A stretch of 64,000 nucleotides of DNA from Malacoraja senta (taxonomy: Eukaryota): contig JAXLNO010000110.1 in assembly GCA_038087875.1 (NCBI GenBank), positions 1 to 64,000 on the forward strand, written 5' to 3'. A model generated the notes under the pieces. That model did no database searches. It saw nothing but the letters and a program-made list of their open reading frames with translations, and was not told the origin of the DNA. Made by a program: the position numbers and the translations under genes. Within the stretch, counting starts at the first letter, position 1, and each line of letters begins with the position of its first letter. Positions 24,549 through 36,939 of this stretch are shown here, piece by piece.

Positions 24549-27500
24549 TGTGATCAGCAGAGATGCTGAAAACATGAGCAGCAAATTAAACAATCTGCCA
24601 GAAACACCAGAAACAGATCCATGTTCTCCACAGTTGCTGCCTGACCCGCTGAGTTACTCCAGCACTTTGTGTTTTTTTTTTGTAAACCAGCACCTGTAGT
24701 TCCTTGATTTTCATCCCAAAACTTCCCTGGTTTCAGGGCTTTTACTAAATTTGGCATCTGGAAATGGGTGCATTTCGGGGAAAGGAAACAGGTCACAGAG
24801 CAATAAAGAACCATTTTGCAGTAAAGAGCACAATTATATCTAATTTGTGGACAGCACTCCCAATGTGCAGTGAATTCATATAACAGGTCGCTCCAATCTG
24901 TGGTCAACACTCCCACCGTGTGGTGATCTGCCGCACTGCAGGCCCATCCAGTTTGTGGTCAACACTCCCACCCTGTGGTGATCGACTGCACTACAGGCCC
25001 ATCCAGTTTGTGGTCAACACTCCCACCGTGTGGTGACCTGCCGCACTGCAGCCCATCCAGTTTGTGGTCAACACTCCCACCGTGTGGTTTAAGAGTGAAG
25101 TTGCGGGTAGGTTTACAATGTGTTTTTATTTAATGTTGTCCCTTGTCTAGTCTGAAATAAAGTTCATCATTGAATATAAAAATCAGAAGAAATATAAATG
25201 TGTGTGTTATATGATTATATACATCTATATCACATTGATGTATGTGTGTTCTTTCCAGCACAATCTAACCAGTTGTATGCTCGCTGAATAAAACCATCCT
25301 TAAGTTAAACATCATTTGTAAATCTTGCTCAAAACAAATTTAATTTTGTGAAATACTTAATTTAGATAACCCCACCATTACAGACAGATCTCATTCCACT
25401 CTCTGGCTATTGGGAAGACCAGACCCATTTTATTGTTGAGAAACAACTCCATTGACACAAAAACATTAAGGAACATTCCAGGGCTAGAGCAACTGGAATC
25501 TTCATATTGCTATTATTTTCCCAAATACTGCAGTTGTGAACAGTGTGATTAGATGAATGAATTACAGAGTGCAAGTGTAATACAAAATCAACTCAAACAC
25601 AGCATATGAGCCATTTAAAAATATATGATTTATAAAACATTAAAAAAGAAAATTACCAGAGTCAAAATTTATAAACATTTTATTCTTTAACAAGAAGTAT
25701 CAGAATTATGAAGTAACACAATTATGAATCTAACCCTATATCACACACACAAACTGTTCCCCCGCAACGTTGATTACACTGCGAGTCGGGTCGGATCGGG
25801 TTACTGAAATGGACGAAAAAAAGACCCACGTTCCGCTCCGTTGCGTACTACACGTCAGCCCATTGCATTTCGCAAGAGTGGTCTATCTTGCTCCACTATA
25901 GGATCTTTGCTGAAAACATTAGCAGCAAATTAAACAAGGTGCCAGAAACAGCAGAAACAGATCCATGTTCTCTACAGTAGTTGCCTGACCCGCTGGGTTA
26001 CTCCAGCATTTTGTCTTTTGAGCAAGAGCATCCAAATGTCTTTACAAATATCTCTACAACAGTCTGTTCAGTCCAAAGCTCAATGAATGACCACTCAACA
26101 CAGATTCCTTTCACCTGAAAGTCCTTCATAAGAATTCATAATAAACAAGCTTTGACTTGGGTAGTTAACATTAACCATTTCACACAAGTGGTTTAACAAC
26201 GAGTTCACATTAACTTTCCTCAACCAAGTACAATGTAGATCAATAATTCCTTCCTGTCTTCTTCTTCATAACAATTAGTCATCAACAGAAAACCAGTCTT
26301 CATGAGGTGCCCCAATAAAAACACAATTGGAAGCTATCCAGGAGACAAATTCATTCTTGCCACTGCCTTCATGAAGTAAACAGAACCACATCCAGAAGTC
26401 AGTCTGAAGGCTCCTAACCCAAAACCTCACTTGCCTGTGTCCTCCAGAGATGCTGCCTATCCCGCTGAGTTAAGCCCCTGTCCCACTTGGGCGACCTAAA
26501 CAGCAACTTCTGGCGACCTTGCCCCGCCACGAGGTCACAGGAGGTTTTGGTCACTCGCCTGGAAAGCCTTGAGCTGGATCGATGGAAGCGCGAGCTGCAT
26601 CTACAGACCGCACACGCACAAACACATCGCGAAGGTGGGGGCATTGGAGTGCTGAGGAGCACTGTTGGCGCGATGAAGAGGAAGGTAAATGGCTGCTACA
26701 GAGTTCTGCATGGGTGCAGGAGGTAGCACCATTGCAGTCGTCAATGTAGCGGAGGTAGAGTTCGGGGATAGGGCCAGTGTACGCCTCGAACAAGGATTGT
26801 TTGACGTACCCTACAAAGGGGCAGGCATAGCTGGGGCCCATGCACGTGCCCATAGCTACGCCTTGGATTTGGAGGAAATGGGAGGAGTCAAAGAAAAAGT
26901 CATTATGTGATCAGCAGAGATGCTGAAAACATGAGCAGCAAATTAAACAATCTGCCAGAAACACCAGAAACAGATCCATGTTCTCTACAGATGCTGCCTG
27001 ATCCACCGAGTTACTCCAGCGCTGTATGTCTTTTTTTTGTAGACCAGCACCTGTAGTTCCTTGATTTTCATCCCAAACCTTCCCTGGTTTCAGGGCTTTT
27101 ACTAAATTTGGCATCTGGAAATGGGTGCATTTCGGGGAAAGGAAACAGGTCACAGAGCAATAAAGAACCATTTTGAAGTAAAGAGCACAATTATATCTAA
27201 TTTGTGGACAGCACTCCCAATGTGCAGTGAATTCATATAACAGGTCGCTCCAATCTGTGGTCAACACTCCCACCGTGTGGTGATCTGCCGCACTGCAGGC
27301 CCATCCAGTTTGTGGTCAACACTCCCACCGTGTGGTGATCTGCCGCACTGCAGCCCATCCAGTTTGTGGTCAACACTCCCACCGTGTGGTTTAAGAGTGA
27401 AGTTGCGGGTAGGTTTACAATGTGTTTATATTTAATGTTGTCCCTTGTCTAGTCTGAAATAAAGTTCATCATTGAATATAAAAATCAGAAGAAATATAAA

Positions 27501-29246
27501 TGTGTGTGTTATATGATTATATATATCTATATCACATTCATGTATGTGTGTTCTTTCCAGCACAATCTAACCAGTTGTATGCTCGCTGAATAAAACCATC
27601 CTTAAGTTATACATCATTTGTAAATCTTGCTCAAAATAAATTTAATTTTGTGAAATACTTAATTTAGATAACCCCACCATTACAGACAGATCTCATTCCA
27701 CTCTCTGGCTATTGGGAAGACCAGACCCATTTTATTGTTGAGAAACAACTCCATAGACACAAAAACATTAAGGGAACATTCCAGGGCTAGAGCAACTGGA
27801 ATCTTCATATTGCTATTATTTTCCCAATACTGCAGTTGTGAACAGTGTGATTAGATGAATGAATTACAGAGTGCAAGTGTAACACAAAATCAACTCAAAC
27901 ACAGCATATGAGCCATTTAAAAATATATGATTTATAAAACATTAAAAAAGAAAATTACCAGAGTCAAAATTTATAAACATTTTATTCTTTAACAAGAAGT
28001 ATCAGAATTATGAACTAACAGAATTATGAATCTAACCCTATATCACACACACAAACTGTTCCCCCGCAACGTTGATTACACTGCGAGTCGGGTCGGATCG
28101 GGTTACTGAAATGGACGAAAAAAAGGCCCACGTTCCGCTCCGTTGCGTACTACACGTCAGCCCATTGCATTTCGCAAGAGTGGTCCATCTTGCTCCACTA
28201 TAGGATCTTTGCTGAAACATTAGCAGCAAATTAAACAAGGTGCCAGAAACAGCAGAAACAGATCCATGTTCTCTACAGAAGTTGCCTGACCCGCTGGGTT
28301 ACTCCAGCATTTTGTCTTTGAGCAAGAGCATCCAAAAGTCTTTACAAATATCTATACAACAGTCTGTTCAGTCCAAAGCTCAATGAATGACCACTCAACA
28401 CAGATTCCTTTCACCTGAAAGTCCTTCATAAGAATTTCATAATAAACAAGCTATGACTTGGGTAGTTAACATTAACCATTTCACACAAGTGGTTTAACAA
28501 CGAGTTCACATTAACTTTCCTCAACCAAGTACAATGTAGATCAATAATTCCTTCCTGTCTTCTTCTTCATAACAATTAGTCATCAACAGAAAACCAGTCT
28601 TCATAAAGTGCCCAAATTAAAACACAATTGGAAACTATCCAGGAGACAAATTCATTCTTGCCACTGCCTTCATGAAGTAAACAGAACCACATCCAGAAGT
28701 CAGTCTGAAGGCTCCTAACCCAAAACCTCACTTGTCCGTGTCCTCCAGAGATGCAGCCTAACCCGCTGAGTTAAGCCCCTGTCCCACTTGGGCGACCTAA
28801 ACAGCAACTTCTGGCGACCTTTGTGTCTTTTTTTGTAGACCAGCACCTGTAGTTCCTTGATTTTCATCCCAAATCTTCCCTGGTTTCAGGGCTTTTACTA
28901 AATTTGGCATCTGGAAATGGGTGCATTTCGGGGAAAGGAAACAGGTCACAGAGCAATAAAGAGCCATTTTGAAGTAAAGAGCACAATTATATCTAATTTG
29001 TGGACAGCACTCCCAATGTGCAGTGAATTCATACAACAGGTCGCTCCAATTTGTGGTCAACACTCCCACCGTGTGGTGATCTGCTGCACTGCAGGCCCAT
29101 CCAGTTTGTGGTCAACACTCCCACCGTGTGGTGATCTGCCGCACCTGCAGGCCCATCCAGTTTGTGGTCAACACTCCCACCGTGTGGTGATCTGCCGCAC
29201 TGCAGGCCCATCCAGTTTGTGGTCAACACCCCCACCGTGTGGTTTA
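24345..29246. repeat. ~2.3-kb tandem duplication (about 24345-26520 = 26700-28821) plus a partial third copy (28822-29246)
   Basis: Near-identical sequence at an offset of 2357 bp, falling to ~2300 after loss of one VNTR unit. The ORF track repeats at 24554/26911/28797. Confidence 0.92.
24897..25090. repeat. 55-bp VNTR (tgtggtcaacactcccaccgtgtggtgatctgccgcactgcaggcccatccagtt); also 27255-27392 and 29050-29246
   Basis: About 3.5, 2.5 and 3.5 units in the three duplicated copies. Confidence 0.9.
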
Positions 29247-30794
29247 AGAAAGAACTGCAGATGCTGGAAAAATCAAAGGTAGACAAAAATGCTGGAGTAA
29301 CTCAGCGGGTCAGGGAGCATCTATGGAGAGAAGGAATAGGTGACGTTTCAGGTCGAGACCATTCTTCAGACCGATGTTGGCATGGGGGGCGGGAAAAAGA
29401 AAGGAAGAGGAGGAGACAGTAGGCTGCGGGAGAGCTGGGAAGGGGAGGGGAAGGAGGGAGAAACCATTGAAATTGGATAATGGGAAGATGAGAACAGTGG
29501 TGGGATCCCCTTGGAGGTGGCAAAAATGTCGGAGGATTATCTGTTGTTTCTGTCGGCTGGTAGGGTGGAAGGTGAGGACATGGGGGACTCTGTCCTTGTT
29601 ATGAGTAGGGGATGGGGAGTAAGAGCGGAGCTGCGGGATATAGAGGAGACGCTGATAAGAGTGCTGGAGAAATTCAGTAGGTCAGGCACCATCTCTGGAG
29701 GAAAAGGATGGGTGGTATTTTGGGTAAGAAGCCTTCTTCTGTTCCATCCCCAAATCTCTTGTTTCTCCAGAGAAAAACCCTGGACACTTCAAATGACAAC
29801 AATTAAAAGGAAAAGTCAGCACAATTAATCAAAGAAGCAAACACAATTCAGTAGAGAGCTATAGTGTTCTCACCGACCTCACACCCTGGAGATGGAGACA
29901 CAAGGCGAGACTCCCTGTCTCTACCCTGAGCACAAGGAGAGCTCCCTGTCTCTACCCTGAACACAAAGACAGACTCCCTGTCTCTACGCTGAGCACCGCT
30001 CCCGACGACAGCCCAGGACCACTGCACTCAGACGACAGCCCAGGACCACTGCTTCCATCCACAGGGACAGTTTTACAATTATCGAATTACCAAAGGCAAT
30101 TAACCTACAAACATGCACGTCTTTGGAGTGTGGGATGAAACCGTAGCACCCGGAGAAAACCCACGCAGGTCATGGGGAGAACGTGCAAACTCTGTACAGA
30201 CAGCACCCGTAGTCAGGATGGAACCAGGGTCTCTGGCGCTGTGAGGCAGCAACCCTACAGTTGCACCACCGTGCCGACCCATTATTTGATGTTTTTCCAT
30301 CCATGATTCAATTTTTTATTCCACAGCAGCTCGCTGGTTCACAAATTGTTCACGTTGAGAATGTCAACCTGAGGGGAAACTTTTCCACGCAGAGATTGGT
30401 GGGTGTATAGAACGAGCTGCCAGAGGAGGTAGGTGAGGCTGGGAATAACACTTGGGCAGGTACATGGATAGGCCAGGCTTGGAGGGATATGGGCCAAACA
30501 TGGGCAGGTGGGACTAGTGTACATGGGGCATGTGGGCCGGTGTGGGAAAGTTGGTCAGAAGGGCCAGTTTCCGTGACTCTGGGACTAGTGTAGATGGGGC
30601 ATGTTGGCCGGTGTGGGCAAGTTGGGCTGAAGGGCCTGTTTCTGTGACCCGTTCCCTATAGAATGAGGACATCCCCGATGCCCTGGTTTGGAACACCTCA
30701 TCCTGGGTGCAGATGCGCCGTAGACGGAGGAATTGGGAGTAGGGGATACAGGAAGCAGGGTGGGAAGAAGTGTAGTCCAGATGGCCATGCGAGT

Positions 30795-31795
30795 CAAGTT
30801 CAAGTTCAAGTGAGTTTATTGTCATGTGTCCCTGATAGGACAATGAAATTCTTGCTTTGCTTTCAGCACACAGAACAAAGTAGGCATTTACTACAAAACA
30901 GATCTTTGTGTCCATATACCATTATATAAATAAACTGATAAAGTGCAAATAACATATAATGGGTTATTAATAATCAGAGTTTTGTCCAAGCCAGGTTTAA
31001 TAGCCTGATGGCTGTGGGGAAGTAGCTATTCCTGAACCTGGTCGTTGCAGTCTTCAGGCTCCTGTACCTTCTACCTGAAGGTAGCAGGGAGATGAGTGTG
31101 TGGCCAGGATGGTGTGGGTCTTTGATGATACTGCTAGCCTTTTTGAGGCAGCGACTGCGATATATTCCCTCGATGGTAGGGAGGTCAGAGCCGATGATGG
31201 ACTGGGCAGTGTTTACTACTTTTTGTAGTCTTTTCTTCTCCAGGGCGCTCAAGTTACCGAACCAAGCCACGATGCAACCGACTCTCCGTAATCTTCTCAG
31301 GAAGTAGAGGCGCTGATGTGCTTTCTTAATAATGGCATCAGTGTTCTCGGACCAGGAAAGATCTTCAGAGATGTGCATGCCCAGGAATTTGAAGCTCTTG
31401 ACCCTTTCAACCATATAAACGGGACTGTGGGTCCCCATCCTACTCCTTCCAAAGTCCACAATCAGTTCCTTGGTTTTGCTGGTTGAGGGCCAGGTTATTG
31501 TGCTGGCACCATATGGACAGTTGCTCGATCTCTCTTCTATACTCTGACTCATCCCCATCAGTGATACATCCCACAACGGTGGTGTCGTCAGCGAACTTGA
31601 TGATGGAGTTCGCCCTGTGACCGGCTAGGCAGTCATGAGTATAGAGTGAGTACAGCAGGGGGCTCAGCACACAGCCTTGAGGTGCTCCCGTGCTGATTGT
31701 TATCGAGGCTGACACATTTCCACCAATACGAACAGACTGTGGTCTGTGAATGAGGAAGTCGAGGATCCAATTGCAGAGACCCAGTGAGCAGAGAC
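30795..31795 (-). mobile_element. Rex1/Babar LINE 3' fragment, same family as 16490-18724
   Basis: STGAPQGCVLSPLLYSLYTHDC, FADD and LPSGRRYRSLKT motifs; (TTGAAC)n tail at 30795-30812. Confidence 0.92.
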
Positions 31796-32634
31796 CCAAA
31801 CTAGGTGACGTTTCAGGTCGAGACCATTCTTCAGACTGATGTTGGCGTGGGGGGTGGGAAAAAGAAAGGAAGAGGAGGAGACAGTAGGCTGCAGGAGAGC
31901 TGGGAAGGGGAGGGGAAGGAGGGAGAAACCACTGAAATTGGATAATGGGAAAATGAGGCATGTAGTGGGATCCCCTTGGAGGTGGCAAAAATGTCAGAGG
32001 ATTATCTGTTGTATGTGTCGGCTGGTAGGGTGGAAGGTGAGGACATGTGAGACTCTGTCCTTGTTACGAGTAGGGGGATGGGGAGTAAGAGCGGAGCTGC
32101 GGGATATAGAGGAGATCCTGATAAGATTGCTGGAGAAACTGAGCAGGTCAGGCACCATCTCTATAGGAAAAAGGGGTGATATTTTGGATAAGAACCCTTC
32201 TGTTCCATCCCAAAATCTCTTGTTTCTCCAGAGAAGCTGCCTGACCCACTCAGTTACTCCAGCAATGTGTCCATCTTTCGTATAAACCAGCATCTACAGG
32301 TCATTGTTTCCACATTTTACATCAGCCAGATTCAATTTCAGTTGTGATAAGGTTAGGGTGTCATCACTTTTATTTCTGACACTGTACCCTCTGGTCTGAG
32401 ACTCTCATACTATTAGAAACTTCCTAGTAGAAACATCCTTTTAGTTCGGAGATACAGCACAGAAACTGCACAATTCCAGTTGCACCAGAAAGTATCACCA
32501 AAACGCTGGACACTTCAAATGACACGATTTAAAAGGAAAAGTCAGCACAGTTAATCAAAGAAGCAAACACAATTCAGTAGAGAGCTATAGTGTTCTCACC
32601 GACCTCACGCCCTGGAGATGTACATTCACAGCGG

Positions 32635-32865
32635 ACACAAGGGGAGATTCCCTGTCTCTACCCTGAGCACAAGGAGAGGCTCCCTGTCTCCACCCGGAGC
32701 ATTGCTTACAAGGGGAGACTCCCTGTCTCTACCCTGAACACAAAGACAGACTCCCTGTCTCTACGCTGAGCACTGCTCCCGACGACAGCCCAGGACCACT
32801 GCACTCAGACGACAGCCCAGGACCACTGCTTCCATCCACAGCCTAGGACCACTGCTTCCATCCAT
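32635..32865. repeat. Short minisatellites (~31-33 bp actccctgtctctaccctgagcacaa; ~24-28 bp gacagcccaggaccactgc); also 21380-21510, 29900-30060 and 63025-63255
   Basis: Direct tandem repeats whose copy number differs between the duplicated blocks. Confidence 0.85.
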
Positions 32866-33337
32866 GAGGAAATAGTATATATTAGAACCGCTTGGATGGT
32901 GACTTTTATATAAGCTAGGTAATTTGCAAGAGAAAAGCTTAAGGTTTTCAGAAACAAGTCTCCTAAAGAAATAAAGTACAAAGAAACACACACAGGGAAC
33001 AGATGAATCAAAACATAGAAACGCTAATCTGATCCTGCATAGCTTAGTTTATTGCTTTGAGGCAATTATAACGCTGGAAGAAATTGTATTTGATATGATT
33101 TTGTGTTGAAGAATGGATAGCTGAATAGGGCCTCTTCTTAGGCCAGAGGTCATCTGCTCTTTCTCTATGGCACATTCGTTAGCTCTGAATGTGACATAAA
33201 GATGAAGAGTTATGGCTCTTCATGCTGAATTCAAGATAGAAGTCAAGGCTGAGAGATAATAGACTCTGTGGTTAGCTTTGGCTATGTTAAATTATAATGA
33301 GGTTGAGATAATGAGGTTATAATGAGGTTTTGGTGTA

Positions 33338-36300
33338 AGGGGGATCTGTGCAAAAGGGATGGATTGCATCTTAACAGGTGGGGGACCAGCATTCTGGCAG
33401 GCAGGTTTGCCACTGCTACACGGGTGGTTTTAAACTGAATAACGGGGGTAGGGTGTCAAATGAGATAGTCGAGGATGGAGTTAAAGGGAAAGAGAGTAAA
33501 GGGATGGTTAATGACCCCAGAATTAACGGGAAAGGAAGCTCACAAAGGGATAAGAGAGTATGGCCAAGTGTAATAGGGATCGATGTGAATGGTGAGATGC
33601 GTAAGGAATTAAAAGTATTGTATATGAATGCGCGAAGTATAAGAAGTAAAGTAGATGAGCTTGAGGCTCAGTTAGAGGTTGGTAGATATGACATTGTGGC
33701 GATTACTGAGACGTGGCTGCAGGAGGATCGGGCCTGGGAACTTAATATTCAGGGTTATACATCCTATAGAAAGGACAGGCAGGTGGGCAGAGGAGGGGGG
33801 TAGCTCTGCTGGTGAGGGAGGGAATTCAGTCCCTTGCGAGGGAAGACATAGGAACTGACGAGGTAGAGTCACTGTGGATTGAGTTGAGGAATTGTAAAGG
33901 CAAGAAGACACTAATTGGTGCTATTTACAGACCCCCAAATAGTAGCCCGGATATAGGGTGTAAGTTGCAGCAGGAGTTAAAACTGGCATGCAACAAAGGT
34001 AATGCCACTGTGGTGATGGGGGATTTCAATATGCAGGTAGACTGGGAAAATCAGGTTGGTTCAGGACCCCAAGAAAGAGTTTGTAGAGTGCCTCCGAGAT
34101 GGATTCTTAGAGCAGCTTGTAATGGAGCCGACCAGAGAAAAGGCAATTCTAGATTTAGTGTTGTCCAATGAACCAGATATAAGAGAACTCGAGGTAAAGG
34201 AACCGCTTGGAGGTAGTGATCATAATATGATTAGTTTTAATCTGCAATTTGAGAAGGAGAAGGTTAAATCGGAAGTGGCAGTGATGCAGTTGAACAAAGG
34301 GGACTATGAAGGCATGAGAGGGGAGCTGGCCAAAGTACTCTGGAAAGGGATCCTAGCAGGGATGACGGTGGAACAGCAATGGCAGGAATTTCTGGGCATA
34401 ATCCGGAAGACGCAGGATCATTTCATTCCAAAAAGGAAGAAAGATTCTAAGGGGAGTAGGAGGCAACCGTGGCTGACAAGAGAACTTAGGGATAGAATAA
34501 AACTAAAAGAAAAGATGTATAACACAGCAAAGAGTAGCTGGAAGCCAGAGGATTGGAAAACTTTCATAGGACAACAGAAGGAAACAAAACCGGCAATATG
34601 GGCTGAAAAGATGAAGTACGAGGTGAAGCTGGCCAGGAATAAAAAGAATATAAAGCTTCTTTAGATATGTTAAGGAAAAAAGAGTAGCAAAGTCAAATGT
34701 GGGTCGCTTGAAGGCAGACACGGGTGAAATTATTATGGGCAATAAGGAAATGGCAGAAGAGTTGAATAGGTACTTTGGATCTGTCTTCACTAAGGAAGAC
34801 ACAAACAATCTCCCAGATGTACTGGAGGACAGAGGATCTAAGGGGGTAGAGGAACTGAAAGAAATTTTCATTAGGCGAGAATTAGTATTGGGTAGGCTAA
34901 TGGGACTGAAGGATGATAAATCCCCTGGGCCTGATGGTCTGCATCCCAGGGTCCTCAGGGAGGTGGCTCTAGAAATTGTGGACGCATTGGTGATAATTTT
35001 CCAATGTTCAATAGATTCAGGAACAGTTCCTGTGGATTGGAGGATAGCTAATGTTATCCCACTTTTCAAGAAAGGAGTGAGAGAGATAACTGGGAATTAC
35101 AGACCAGTTAGCTGGACTTCAGTGGTGGGAAAGATGCTGGAGTCAATTATTAAAGAGGCAATGGTGGGGCATTTGGATAGCAGTAAAAGGATTAGTCCAA
35201 GTCAACATGGATTTATGAAAGGGAAATCATGCTTGACTAATCTTCTGGAATTTTTTGAGGATGTGACAAGTAAAATGGATGAAGGGGAGCCAGTGGATGT
35301 AGGTGTCTTGACTTTCAGAAAGCCTTTGACATGGGAGAGTGGTGACTAAAATGAGAGCACATGGTATTGGGGGTAGGGTGTTAACATGGATAGAAAATTG
35401 GTTGGCAGACAGGAAGCAAAGAGTAGGAGTGAACGGGTCCTTTTCAGAATGGCAGGCAGTGGCGAGTGGAATGCCGCAAGGCTCAGTGTTGGGGCCGCAA
35501 CTGTTTACCATATATCTTAATGATTTGGAAGAGGGAATTAGGAGCAACACTAGCAGGTTTGCAGATGACACAAAGCTGGGTGGCAGTGTGAACTGTGAAG
35601 AGGATGTTAGGAGGTTGCAGGGTGACCTGGACAGGTTGAGTGAGTGGGCAGATGCGTGGCAGATGCAGTATAATATAGATAAATGTGGACGTATCCACTT
35701 TGGCGGCAAAAACAAGGGGGCAGATTATTATCTCAATGGGGTTAGGCTAGGTAAGGGGGAGGTGCAGCGAGACCTGGGTGTCCTTGTACACCAGTCACTG
35801 AAAGTTGGCATGCAGGTACAGCAGGCAGTGAAGAAAGCTAATGGAATGTTGGCCTTCATAACAAGAGGATTTCAGTAAAGGAGTAAAGAGGTTCTTCTGC
35901 AGTTGTATAGGGCTCTGGTAAGACCACATCTGGAGTATTGTGTACAGTTTTGGTCTCCTAATTTGAGGAAGGTCATCCTTGTGATATGAGGCAGTGCAGC
36001 GTAGGTTCACAAGATTGATCCCTGGGATGGCAGGACTGTCATATGAGGAAAGATTGAAAAGACTAGGCTTGTATTCACTGGAGTTTAGAAGGATGAGGGG
36101 GTTCTTATAGAAACATATAAAATTATAAAAGGACTGGACAAGCTAGAAGCAGGAAAATTTTCCCCAATGTTGGGCGAGTCCAGAACTAGGGGCCACAGTC
36201 TTAGAATAAAGGGGAGGCCTTTTAAGACTGAAGTAAGAAAAAACTTTTTCACCCAGAGAGTTGTTAATTTCTGGAATTCCCTGCCACAGAGGGCAGTGGA

Positions 36301-36497
36301 GGCCAAGTCACTGGATGGATTTAAGAGAGAGTTAGATAGAGCTCTAGAGGCTAATGGAATCAAGGGATATGGGGAGAAGTCAGGCACGGGTTATTGATTG
36401 GGGACGATCAACCATGATCACAATGAATGGCGGTGCTGGCTCGAAGGGTCGAATGGCCTCCTCCTGCACCTATTTTCTATGTCTATGTCTATGTCTA
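33338..36497 (+). mobile_element. CR1 LINE (end of ORF1 esterase, APE, RT, 3' tail), disrupted; mirror copy 59392-62551 (-)
   Basis: Motifs DGLHLN, YMNARSI, ITETWL, IYRPP, GDFN, SDHN, KSPGPDGLHPRVL, QHGF.KGKSCLTNL, PQGSVLGP, FADD; (CTATGT)n tail. Confidence 0.95.
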
Positions 36498-36595
36498 AGT
36501 CCAGGCGACATCCTCGCAAATCTTCTCTGTGCCTTTTCCAACTTAACAACGTTGGGTTCAGTTTGATGCTCGGCCTAGATGGAAGAAAGGTGTGA

Positions 36596-36933
36596 AGTAG
36601 TTTAGTTTAGAGATACAGCCTGGAAAAAGGCCCTTCGGCACACCGAGTCCATGCTGGCCAGAGATCACCAGTTCACACACTAGTTCTACATTATCCCAGT
36701 CTCTCTTCTACTCCCTACACACTTGGGGGCAATTTACAGAGAGGGCCGATCGTCCCACAAAACTGCACGGGCACGTCTTTGGGACGTGGGAGGAAACCAA
36801 AGCACCCGGTGGAAACCGACGAGGTCACGGGGAGAACTTGCAAACTCCAGAGACAACACCCGAGGTCAGGATGGAACCTGGGACTCTGGTGCTTTGAGGC
36901 AGCGACTCTACCCACTGCGCCACTGTGCCGCCC
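36596..36933 (-). mobile_element. V-SINE (HE1-like) with CR1-type tail; mirror 58956-59293 (+)
   Basis: GGGCGGCACAGTGGCGCAGTGGGTAGAG head, V-domain, and GCCGAAGGGCC...CTGTATCTCTAAACTAAAC tail. Confidence 0.85.
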
Positions 36934-36939
36934 TTGGCC

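Noticed and set aside
24554..24916. Cys-rich 120-aa ORF repeated three times
   Set aside because: Starts inside a VNTR, ends in pLTR-like sequence and has no recognisable domain; its repetition reflects recent DNA duplication.
24897..25090. CRISPR-like appearance of the 55-bp and ~70-bp arrays
   Set aside because: Units are wholly repeated with no unique spacers, there are no cas genes, and the context is vertebrate.
34503..35715. Antisense ORFs over CR1 (also 42349-43053, 52833-53537, 60174-61386)
   Set aside because: Shadow frames opposite CR1 ORF2.
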